A DNA stretch of 64,000 nt. Origin: Amphiscolops sp. MND2022 (taxonomy: Eukaryota). Both the position numbers and the translations under genes were made by a program. The notes under the pieces are model-generated. The model did no database searches and was not told where the DNA came from. It saw only the letters and a program-made list of their open reading frames with translations. This document shows, piece by piece, positions 40,301 to 51,515 of the stretch (position 1 is its first letter; each line of letters begins with the position of its first letter). Location: contig OZ076409.1 in NCBI GenBank assembly GCA_964187785.1, positions 39,372,001 to 39,436,000 on the forward strand, in the 5' to 3' direction.

Positions 40301-40831
40301 AGGTGGTGTAAGGATTGGAGGTGGCATCAAGGGTAGGGTGCAGCGGAAAGCTGGAGCCTCGGTGGGCTGAAGCTGAGGTATGGCTTGGGATGGGGTTGGC
40401 TGCGGTGTTTGGAACATGGGTTGAATCGTTGGTGGAGAGATTCTGAACGATCGTTCTTGATCCATTGAAGGCCTTTCAGGTTCTCCATAAAGCATGTGAG
40501 AGCGAGGGTCAATGAGATTGTGAGTTAGGTCATACCCATGCCAAATGCCATCGCGGAAGGTAGCGGAACGCTCAAGCGGTCCGATGCTACTCGTGATAGT
40601 TAAGAGGACTTCTGGATGCGCAGCTTGCGCTTGCATCTGTGCGACAATCTTGGCGAAGCCAGCGATCATGGTGGGGTTGGCCCCGTCTTGTAAAGCTTGT
40701 TGGACTAAGGCTAGTTGGTCGACGCGACCATTAACCTCGCCCACTGGTGGAAGAGTGTTAGGAGGTACTCGAGGTTGGGGATTCTGTTGGCTGTTGGGTG
40801 CAGGCATGCGGTTGCGTGATGAAGGGTCCAT
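37389..40831 (-). pseudogene. Accessory ORF (~1150 codons, two frameshifts): Pro/Gln-rich N-terminus, SGNH-hydrolase-like central domain, acidic tail
   Basis: ORFs 38996..40975, 37722..39002 and 37389..37673 abut or overlap. Motifs RIALFVDS, MPCTT, ILIYSNVIDHL and VFVSPP occur at SGNH-like spacing. Confidence 0.65.
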
Positions 40832-41244
40832 TGATAGCACTGATAGGGGATAGGGTGATATTGATGAAACTGAGTGATGGTGCACTTTAGGAAAGCTGCG
40901 CAAGGGCGAAGCAACAGGATTAAACTGAAAAGCAAGTTGCATATGAACAGAGAGAAGTTTCATAGGATATATCAAAAGGGTTAAGAAGGGAATACAAGTG
41001 ATTACAACTTAAAAATACAGTGTAAGCGTTAAAAAGACTTGTAGCTGAATAGAGTACCGTCATTAGAAGTTCTACGGACTAATCCGCGCGTATTGAGGAA
41101 GTCAACAGAGAAAATGGGATGGTTTTTCAGAAAATTAAGGAGGGTGGGCCTTTGGCCCTGCAGTAATGAGGATTCAACGAGCGGTGATGTCAATAGAAGA
41201 AATTGATGCGATTGAGACGTAGACTCTATCATGGAGTATTATTG

Positions 41245-42334
41245 CTAGATCCGATCCGAAAAAATGGTCCGGGAGGGTGGTGTATCAGATTGGTAAGAGG
41301 TTGATCGATCGTTCGGGATCATAGATGGGCATGTGAATGTGGGAAATTCCGTGTTGGTGGAGCAGGTGTCGGAGGTGGTTGAGGCATGTATGTAGGGTTT
41401 CATGCAGGAGGGGGTGTTTGCTGGAGGCTCTGGTGCATAGGAGGACAATTTGATTGTTCCAGGGTGCCATGTGGGAATGTTGTGAGCGAATGGCCATTCC
41501 AACTGAAGGTTTTAAACGGAAGATGGCTTCTTGTCCATATTCGCGAATGACATAGCGAATAGTCGCCGATTGGGATTGGAGGTCTGCGGGACAACACAAC
41601 ACTAGTGTGCCAGAGGCTTGTAGAATGTCCGTGTCGGAGTAAGTAATCCAGGGCACGTGGTTTGGACGAATCTTCGGTTGTGTTATGAGCCATTTCCCAG
41701 TTTCCACTGCATGATTTTTCAGGGGGTTCGAGATCAAGTGTCCAAAAATTGCTTTGCGATCTTCCCATATTGTGCGATGCAGGGGGCGGTCACCCATGTG
41801 TATGCATGACCAGCTGTGCATTATGGAAAGCGCTTCTAAGGGAGAGATGGGAGTCTCAGGTGTGTATGTCAATCGGTCGAGAATACAGATCTTCGTTTGT
41901 CTGCAAAATATAATGGCTATCAGTTGCAGCCAGTGTTGGCTCAAGAATTTGCCGCGGTAAATGTCGGCGAGATGAAAACACAGGGTGTCGTTTGTCTTGA
42001 CGAGGGTGCGTAGATTCTCTAGACACAATAATAATGTAGTTGGTGAGACCAACGAAGAGTCATCGGAGGAAGTGACTAGGAGCCACCATCCAGCGGATGG
42101 TTGATATACGTCACCTGGAGGGGAAGTGATGTGATATTTTCTCCATAGTTGGTTGGCGGTAATGCAGCGAATCATTTGGGGGTTGTTGCAGGTATCGTCT
42201 AGCTCACCGAACGAGAATGAGGGTGGTAAAGGGGGAATGATTGCTGCCAATGTGACCTCGAGTCCACCCTTTTCGTGGGTTGTCCATTCTTTGAAGCGAT
42301 ATGTTGGACAATGGGAAGGAGAGAATGTGTGCAT
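41245..42334 (-). CDS. Tandem TARG1/OARD1-like macrodomain region, probably a C-terminal extension of Pol
   Basis: ITYSDTDIL..LVLCCPADL..IREYG..PSVG..IVLLCTR..ETLHTCLNHLR..GISHIHMP, preceded by a more diverged copy (PGDV..WLLVT..CLENLR..WLQLIAIIF). In frame with ORF 42335..42727 across a single TAA. Confidence 0.68.
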
Positions 42335-45300
42335 TTATTTCAGAGTGGACTCCAGAGGTGGTATGGATTCGGACTCGATACTTGTAAAGGTCTTCTCGAT
42401 TGTTAGGATGATGTGTCGGATAGTTGGCGGGGATTCGGGTGCTTGTGAATTCGCTCGGATATTCACGACTTCGTGTTGTGGATGGTTTGCTGATTGCGCT
42501 AAGAAAATTTCGCAAGCCGGAATCGCCTCTCCCCGGGCCAGTCGTTGATTCGGGGGTCCCGTAGTGATTAGCTGGATGCAACTACAGTCACGGGAACCAC
42601 AGGTTCCGCATTTATACCTCGGCGCTCTGTTGGCTCGGAGTTGATAGCGTGGCGCTTGTCTGGAGGTATCGTCTGGTTGGTTTGATTGAGTAGTGGTTGA
42701 GCTTTTAGGAATCTGAGGGAGGGTCATGGCTCTGTCAAGCGTCCTGGGTGTGGTCCTGGAGGAAAATCTTGTTCTTGGGCCTTCTCTGGGCTGTGTGGTT
42801 GGTTGCCGGGAAGACGTGGTTGTTCCGCTTGATGACGAGGGTAGTTGGTTTCGGCGACCGGGGGGTCTGCCTCGAGGTCGACCTCTCCTGCTGGTAGTTG
42901 TGGGAGGTGGGTTTCGATTCGTGATCTGGTTGTCAGGATCGGCGTTGCATTCTTGTTGTTTGGATCGTTTGTTCGTTGATTGAATAGGGGGAAGTTGCTT
43001 AAGGTGTCTGTGAGCGAGGGATTAGATAATAATGGGGCTGAAATCCCGGAGGGTGATGGTATTAAGCTGTCGGTGAGGGCTGGTGGTAGTATTTCCTCTT
43101 GATCAGAAAATACTGGTTCTAGATCATCGATTTCGAGGGATACTACTTGGGAGGGAGATATTATGGGAGGGGGTCCAGGCTCTTCAGGCTCAGAGTCTGA
43201 TTCGGATGGGTATCCGAATTGGCTGAATCTCCTGCGCGGGATCCCTCGTTCTAAGGCGGTCTGGGTACGTGTCTGGATGGTACGAGGAGGGACTGGTCTC
43301 GTGGGTTCCAGTTCGAACGATGCCTCTGGGAGTTGTTCGGGTAGGAAGGAGTCCCTAGAGACATCGGAGGTAATTTCTTCGTTAGTGTCCTCCACGTATG
43401 GATCGGCGATGATGGCTATATTTGGATCCGGTCTGAAAGGTTGGTGAGTGGTCCAATCCCAAGGGGCTGGTACGTGTTTCTTTAGTCTCTCGTAGTGGAC
43501 CTTTTGACCTGTGTCGAGCACGTAGAGGCGTCCATCTTGTAGTACGTCGGTTATTTTGTGGGGTCCACGCCATGCGCGAATAAGCTTACGAGTGCCACCT
43601 TTGGGGATTATGTGACAGAATACCCAGACAGCGTCGCCAATGGCGTGTGCTTTTGCTTTTAGATGGCGGTCGAATTTTAGCTTTGTCGAAGCTGAGCTTG
43701 ATCCTTCGTACCAATTCATGGATTTCTTGTTGCCTGGCCAATAGGTGTTCCACGAATTCTTCTTTGGAATCAAAACCTCGCGCTGCGAATTCTGGGTAAA
43801 TAAATGATAGTGGGATGGATTTCTCTGCGCCATGGTGGAGCATGTAGGGTGAAAATCCTGTTGTTGCGTGTCGGATGGAGTTGTACGCGCCCAGAACTCC
43901 ATCAATGTATTCGTCCCAGTCTTGCATTTTACGTGATGTGTAGACCCTGAGCAGGGTGAGCAAAGTTCGATTCTGCCGTTCCACGAGACCGTTCCCTCTG
44001 GGGTGTGCTGGGGTGGACGTAACTTTGGTAACTTGAGAGGCTTTCATAAGTTCCTGAGCGATCTCAGCGGTGAAATTGGTCGCATTGTCTGATTGCATCC
44101 TGGCCGGAGTGCCGTGCCTGGCAAACCATTTGTTTAGGATAATTTTCGCCGTGGTTTGCGCGCGGTATTCGTCATGGGCGCATGGGACTGCTTCCGCAAA
44201 TTTGGTAAAGTGATCGATTCTTACCAAAAGGCCGGTGTTGCCTGAGTCGGTTTTGCAGAGTTTCAAATGATCGAATTGAACCAGGTCGTTGAAAATGCTA
44301 CTGTTGATATTCTGCAGGGGGTAGCAAGGATTTCCCGCTGGATGTTTTGCTTGTTGACAAGTTAAGCATTGCTTGATGTGATTTACTACGTCCCTTTTGA
44401 TTCCCGGCCAGGTATGCCGTTCTTGTATCCTGGCGAGCACTTTTCCCACGCCTCGATGTCCTGATTCATCGTGCGCTCGGTATAGGATTTCGTGTTGGAA
44501 AAGTTGCGGCATAACTATCATGCAAGGGCGTACGTGCAGAGCACGTTGTTGAGGGACGTAATTGACGCAGAGTATGTCGTCAGGGTTTAAGAAGAGCAGA
44601 TCCTTCTTTTGATGGTAATACCTCTTGGCGAAGTCTTGTTTTTCATCTGGGAACATTGGATCTTCTAGGGGTTCATTCTTCATGAGCTTCTTCAATGACA
44701 AGAGATGTACGTCTCTATTTTGAGCTATGTGTAGGTCTCGTAGGCCATATTTGATTAGATGACGTTCGTGCAATCCTGTTTCGATGGTTCTCAAAATCTC
44801 TGCTTGTTTTTGGCATTCGATGGGCAGTGCCCCCAGTGTTGGATCGGGTTTAGTGGTGTCTATTCGTACCGGAGGCATTCTCGTGGTCATGCTCAAGATT
44901 CGGTTAGGTCGTTCGTCTTCCTCAAGAGTCGGTGTGGTTTCCCATTGTATTTCGGGATTCCAAGGGGTATCTCCTATTGGCTCTTCGGATTGTTTGCTCT
45001 TTCGTCTCTTCTGAAGAATGTATAGTAGCTAAATGAGCTCGAGCTTGTGGAGGAAGTTCTGGATGGTTTGGAATGAGGTGACCGCGTTTGTCAATGTATG
45101 GGACTGTGGGGAGTTCGTCGTAGTCCTTTTGTGACATGAAGTTGAATCCTTCGCTTACTTCTGGTAGCTTTTCGAGGATTTGTTCGCGGTTAATATAGTC
45201 GTTGGTTCGCTTGCTGAGTCCATCGACATTTCGGTGTTGTGTACGCGGTCTGTGGATTGTTTTAAAATGGTATTGGTCTAGGCGTGCGATCCAACGGCCA

Positions 45301-47890
45301 ATCATAGCTTGGTCCATGGAGTAGGTTTTGAGCCATGACAGGGCTTGGTTGTCCACGCGAAGCGTAAACTCTCTACCTGCAAGATATGAGTGGAATTTCT
45401 CCACGAAGTAAAACACTGCATACATTTCCAACTTGGGGGCACCATAATTGAGTTGGGTTTTGGTCAGTGATTTGCTGCCGTATACTATTGGTCTCAGGAT
45501 GGTTTTGCCATTGTATTCTTGTTCTTGATGTAGAATACCTGCGATCGCCACCTTGCTGACGTCTGTATCTAGCACGAATCGTCCTTGTTCGTTCGGTGCA
45601 GCTACGGTGGTGGCGTCGGATAGGGCTCGTTTCACTGAATCGAAGGCTTCTTGGTGTCTTCTTTCCCAACTGAAGTGTTGATTCTTCTTTAGCAATTCCT
45701 GCATGGGTTGTACTTTAGCGGCGTGGAATGGGACGAAATCGCGATAGTAGTTGGCGAATCCTAGGAAGCTTTGGAGTTCTTCTTTGTTCCTTGGTGGTAA
45801 CCACTCTCGGATTTTAGTCACTGCTTCTGGGTCGGGATTGATTCCGTCGGCTGATACTATTCGTCCCAGATATTTGGTTTCCGTGCGCATGAAGTCGCAC
45901 TTTTCTGCTCGCACTTTGAAGCCTGCTTCTCTGAGACATTCGAATACCTCTTTAATTCTCATTATGTGGTCTTCGATTGTTTCAGTTGCAATTACTATGT
46001 CGTCAATGTAAGCCATGACGACACTCCCGTGTCTTTAATGGATTTTTTGTAGTGCTCTGGTGATGGATCGTTGGAAGGTGGCGGATGCATTGCATTGCCC
46101 GAAGGGCTTGCGTCGCCATTCAAAGAATCCCAACTCACAGACAAATGCAGTTTTTCTTCTGTCGCGCTTCTTCAGTGGTATTTGCCAAAAGGCCCACGCT
46201 AGGTCGATGCTTGTGAAGATTTATGCGTTACCTATCCTGGGCAGACTTTCGACTATTCTGGGAAGGGAAAAGGCGTCTTTTACTGTCACGTCGTTTAACG
46301 GTCGGAAATCGCAACAGAAGCGAAGTTCGCCTGTCTTTTTCTTTACCATTACTAATCCACTAGCCCAAGGCGAGTAGGAAGGTTGGATTAAGCCTAAGGC
46401 CAAGAGGTTCCTTACTTCTTGATTGGTTTTGGCAGCCTTGTCAGGAGACATTCGTCTTGCTCCCTCCCGGTGGGAGATAGCTTCTGGTTCTAATTCGATA
46501 CGATGCTTTGCTATTGCACATTTTCCTATGTCGGCTTTATGTTTCATGAAGAGATCGTCGTACTCGTTTAAGACTTCTGCTAATTTATCTCTCGCTCCCT
46601 CCCCCCAGAACGAAAGGACAGAGGATAGGTCAGGGCCTGGTATTGGTTTCAATAGGGTGGGGTCAGTTTGCGCACGTTTTTCGCTTTCCGACATTTCCTC
46701 TTCTGACAACTCAGTAGACGATAAAAAGTTTTGTGCGAAAGAACTGAATTCACTGCTTGTGTCGTCAAGATCAACAATATTAATATTATTAACTTGTTCG
46801 ATTAAGGGCATGTAGGTTCCATCGGCTTGGTCAACCGGAATCGGTGTAAACTTAAAAACGGTAGGTTCTGCCTTGCCAAGGACAGTTTTGCTTGGGATTT
46901 GCAACTTTTCGGTAGCGGTTTTGTTTCTTATGGCTAGGTATACCGTGCCGTCGTCTCCCACTGAAGTTAGGGTGTCTTCTGAAACAAAGGAATTTCGGTT
47001 GTACATCCCGCTGGGATGTATCATCATATTACGGAAACGGTATTTGTTGGAGTCCTGTGTGATGACCTGCGCTCTAACCAACTTGCGCTCGAAAGGTCCT
47101 AGTACAACTTTGTCGGTGGATATTACCAAAGAAGGTTCATGGTCACTAACCTCATGGACGGGTTTGAAATTGCGTGGAGTTTTTGGGTCCCGGATGGTGA
47201 CCCTCATGGCGGTTACGTCCACGAGGACATTATAGGTGCGCAAGAAGTTGCGTCCCAACAGGAAGTCTTCAGCTCCTAGGTGGTCAGCGATGACAATAAA
47301 GTTGGTCTTCAGTGTGTGGCCACCCGAATGGAAGCTCACATTTTCAGCCATGCCGATAGTGGTTATCGTTTTGCCGTTGGCTGCGTATAGTTGAACGTCA
47401 TACGGCATGAGGCTCATCGAATGGGCGGAGGCAATCTTCTGGTATGCGGCGAGGGAGAGGATAGAGACACCTGAACCCGTGTCGATCATACCATATAAGG
47501 GAATGGGTTCCTGGAGGTTGTTGCCGAAGGCAACTACAAGCGATGCTCGTTCGTCTATGCGCGCTTCCCCTTGAGTGTCTTGCACTCCAATGTTATAACA
47601 CCTCAACTCCTGGCGACCCAGGTATAATCCCTGTGGGAAATTACCTTCTACGACTACGATGGCGTCAAATTTCATGTCGACCCCGTCTACGTTGATGGCT
47701 ACCGGTACTGGAGAAATTGTTTTCACTTTTTGGATTGGTGCTAATTTGGTTTCGTCCTCCCGGGTGAAGTGCGGTAGCGGTCGAGCCGCAACTGTATATT
47801 TGGTATTTCTGCACAGCTCTTCTTTTAATTGCGTCAATGTTAACTCGGGACGCGATTTTTGTTCCGCCGAGAGGAGTAAGTGTATAGAGA
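42335..47890 (-). pseudogene. Gypsy Pol (protease, RT, RNase H, integrase, long C-tail), frameshifted
   Basis: MIDTGS; SPWAS..DFRPLN; YIDD; LDTDVSK; VDNQAL; DGLSKR; integrase HDESGH..CLTC, QFDHL, QSDNA, GLVERQNR; WRGPH; RRGRPRGRPP. Confidence 0.93.
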
Positions 47891-47892
47891 TG

Positions 47893-50800
47893 AGCCACCT
47901 TGCATTTGGAGGAGATGAGGGTTGAAGATCTAACGTCATCTTTGATTGACACCAGATAAACACAAGCACCGTAGGCTTTTTCGGAAGCATCACAGAAGAC
48001 TTGCAAAGAGGCTTCATCGTACAAGTGGGTTGGTAGCACCTTCCTGGGTATCTTGAGTTGTGAGAGCGAGCCCATGCCATCTTTCCAGTTTGTGTATGCT
48101 CGTGACACATCGTCTGGGACTGTATCGTTCCACTCAAGATCCAGCTTCCAACACGACTGAATGATGATCTTGGCTACTATGAGAACTGGAGTTATGAGGC
48201 CAAATGGATCAAAATGTTTTGAAACATCACTGAGTAAAGTTCGTTTGGTAATGATTGAAACATACTCACTACTACATGCGTACACAAAGTGATCCTCTAG
48301 AGGATGCCACGTCAGTCCCAGTGTTTTGATTTGATGGGTTTTATCGTTGATTTCATAGGCCTTACAAGCTTCTTGAAGGTCTTCGGGAAGACGAGTGACC
48401 AGTTGGGGTTCGTTGCTGCTCCACTTGCGTAGTGGGAGACAGTTCTTAATGAGGGTTTCAATCAGATTGTCTTGAAGCACGCATGCTTCCTCTAGTGTAT
48501 CAGCACCACTAAGTAGATCATCAACCCAGAAGTCATTGAGAATCACATTCACTGTGTTGGGGTTGGATCCGTTTGTTTTACCACTCTCTTGAAGTGCTCG
48601 GGTTGAATGGTAGGAGGAACTGGCAACACCGTACGTCACACGGGTCATGCGCAGTTCTCGGATTTCGTCCGTCAAGAAATCACGCCACAGAATTCGGTGG
48701 ACGTCACGATCTGATTCGTCTAAGGCCACTTGTCGATACATCTTTGCCACATCTGCCGACAAGGCATATTGGTGTAGGCGAAAGCGAATGAGGATGTCGA
48801 GCACATCGTCTTGTAAGCGAGGTCCAAGCAGTAAGCAATCGTTGAGAGAGTAGCCATTTGGGGACTTGCTGCTAGCATCGAACACGACACGAAGCTTTGT
48901 TGTTGTACTATCTTTGAACACACAGTGATGGGGTAAGTAGTAACACAACCCTGAAGTGTGACGAGCTTCTTCCAAGTGACCCATGTCTAGAAATTCCTTG
49001 ATGAAGTCACGATACTGCTGCTTCACATCACCGTGATCCTTGAGCTTTCGTTCCAAAGCGAACAATCTCTGCTTGGCTGTTTGAAAGTTGGTCGAGGGAC
49101 GTGCCTCAGACTTGAAAGGAAGATGAACTGTGATGCGGCCGTCATCTGGCACATAGGTCGTCGTATCGTAATGTTCCACACATTGACGATTTTCTTTGGA
49201 CATCGGCTTCACTCGAGGAATCTCTTCAACTTCCCAGAACTGAGTAAGATCCAGTTCCACTGCAACTTGGAATGATTGACATTGGTAGGCACGCACTTGG
49301 GACAACACTCCAGTGACCACCCAGCCGAAGATAGACTTGCGATAGTGAAGCCCATGAGCCTTCCTCCTTTCGTCCAGAAAGAGATCCTCGTACACATCCG
49401 CGCCCAACAATAATTGAACGGGGCCAGGTTGATGGAAGTTTTCGTCAGCTAATGCTACACTTTTCATTGATTTCAATTGCTTCAAATTAATGGATTGAGA
49501 GGGTATATTACCTGCAATTGAGTTCAGCACTAGTGCTGTTACCGGCAATTTTTGAGGACCAATCACGAGATTGACTGACTCCTTTGCTGCTTGTTGCCGT
49601 CCACCAATCCCTGAGATCTTCACATCTACTGTTGACCGTGCAAGGTTGAGGTTTGATGCACCTTCTGCTGTGATGAAGGATGTTTGAGAACCTGAGTCCA
49701 GCAAGGCTCGAAACATCATCGTCTTTCCCGCTGCATCATCTATGCCAACCATTGCTGTTAACAGAAGCACAGATGGACCACTGAATGTGGCACCACTCGT
49801 CACACCACCTTGCTGCTCGACTGGACGATCAAAGTGCAGTGATGTATGATGCCTCCCGTTGCAAGTGCGGCAGCTGAATTTCGATGGACAATCAGCCACG
49901 AAATGCCGCCCCAGACAATTCATGCACAGTTTGAGCTTCCTCACCACTGCCTTTCTCTCACGTGTGCCCAACTGCTTGTAGCGATCACACTGAGAAATTG
50001 AGTGAGACCCATTGCATTCTTTCATCTGACAGTTTGCTGAGTGCTCAACAGTTGAGGGGTATGCTTCTTGAAGCACCTTCTTGGGCGTCGTCTTGGGGAC
50101 GGAAGCCTCATGCTGGTCGCCGCTTGATTCCAATGCACGGCTTCGTCTATCCATGAATGTAGTTAACTCCTTGAATGTTAACACATCTGTGCCAGGATGA
50201 GCCAATTCAAATTGCTTCCTCGACTCAGCATCAAGTTTTTCAAGCAGCCAGTACACAAGTATTGCATCCCATTGATCGACAGGAAGCCCTAAGGCTTCTA
50301 GTGCTTGCACATGTTCATTGGTCGACTCCAGTAACTTGCGCAGCTCGACACTTGACTCCTTCTTGATGGCTGGTAGGGCATGAATTGCCGCCAAGTGCGC
50401 CTTCACGATTGATCGCTTGTTGTTGTAGCGCTCCTCTAACTTACGCTTGGTGATGTCGTAATTGGTAATTGGTAATGTCACGTTTGCTGTCAACCAAGGT
50501 TGTAAATTGATCCCAGAAGGAGACCCACTGCGTATATTCGCCACTGAATGAGGGAAGAGTCAGCTTGGGGAGCTTTGTAGTCAGGCTGCCACTTGATGGT
50601 GTTGCTGCAGCGCTTGGGCCTGGAGGCTGCAACTCCTTGATTCTGCCCTGACACCACTTCACAGCCCTTTCTGCTGCCAGGAACACATCTGCAGCTTCAT
50701 CCACATCAGCGTCTAGCTCATCGTCTTCTTCAATGAGTTGTTGAATCTGTGAATCCAACTCTGTCAGCATCTTTCGACGGTCGATCAGAAACTCCAATGT

Positions 50801-50956
50801 GGCTTGCACATCCTCGAGTGCTCCACCGGCTTGCCGGATTGCTGTAGCCCGTCTTGTGAGGACACCACGATGAGCCCCTCTTGATCGCTTCAATTGAGCC
50901 AACTTCTGCACACCACCAGAGCCGTCTGAACCTCCTGGAGCATCTGCTGTTGACAT
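47893..50956 (-). pseudogene. BEL/Pao Gag-Pol, truncated before integrase
   Basis: ORFs 50441..50959 and 47665..50544, with a frameshifting deletion near 50470. Confidence 0.9.
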
Positions 50957-50972
50957 CACGTCGAGGTCACCA
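50955..50972 (-). promoter_or_regulatory. PBS, tRNA-Trp-like
   Basis: TGGTGACCTCGACGTGAT on the minus strand, 1 nt after the putative LTR end. Confidence 0.8.
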
Positions 50973-50973
50973 A

Positions 50974-51515
50974 TGCTTTAGGGGTAGCTCTCAAGCTAAT
51001 ACGGAGAAACTCAAAGATAGAGTTCGAACTAGATGGATTGAGGGAACTCAAAGATAGAGTTCAAGCTAAAGGTTGAGGTCTTGTTCTCAAACAAGAAGAC
51101 TAAGATTGAAAACGTTTATTGACGATTTCTTATCACGGTAACGGTATGAATATAAATGAGTGAGTTTAGAGACAATAGTGGGGAACTGGTTGTTAGCAGG
51201 TTGTTAACCAGCAAATTAGGCAATTAAAGCCAAAAGGGCAACAAAAAGGTCTCAACTGGTTGTTTATATGTATGTAAAAACAACGTTTACAATAGTGAGC
51301 AATGGGTGGTAAATTGTACATCAAATGAGCAATGTAATTGCTGTCAAGCAAAGTGATTAATCAAAATTAAAGGTGAAAGAATAAATAGGCAAAGAAGCTA
51401 AAAAGCACTGTCGCAGATTCGAACTCGCGCAGACCGGTTCGAAGGCAAAGACTGATCCACTGTGCTAAGTGGATTAATAATTACTGCGCGATCATTGTGA
51501 TGTCATGCGCCAACA
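50974..51515 (-). repeat. Putative BEL/Pao 5' LTR
   Basis: TGTTGG...AAGCA bounded, adjacent to the PBS. Single copy, so the outer end is inferred. Confidence 0.6.
51400..51472 (-). ncRNA. tRNA-like Pol III unit (A box, B box, T-run) within the BEL LTR
   Basis: TAGCACAGTGG ... GAGTTCGAATC ... TTTTT at tRNA spacing; the cloverleaf stems are imperfect. Confidence 0.55.

Larger units (their letters stand above)
47893..51515 (-). mobile_element. BEL/Pao retrotransposon, 3'-truncated (LTR, PBS, gag, PR, RT, start of RNase H)
   Basis: KLPKLTLPSFSG, ALLDSGSQTSFIT, YYLPHH..KLRVVFDAS, WVDDLL, VFCDASEKAYGA; the homology stops after SKCKVA. Confidence 0.93.

Noticed and set aside
37722..40975. Envelope gene
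   Set aside because: No signal peptide, furin/fusion peptide pattern or C-terminal TM anchor is visible.
51400..51472. Functional tRNA gene
   Set aside because: Acceptor and anticodon stems pair poorly; reported only as tRNA-like.
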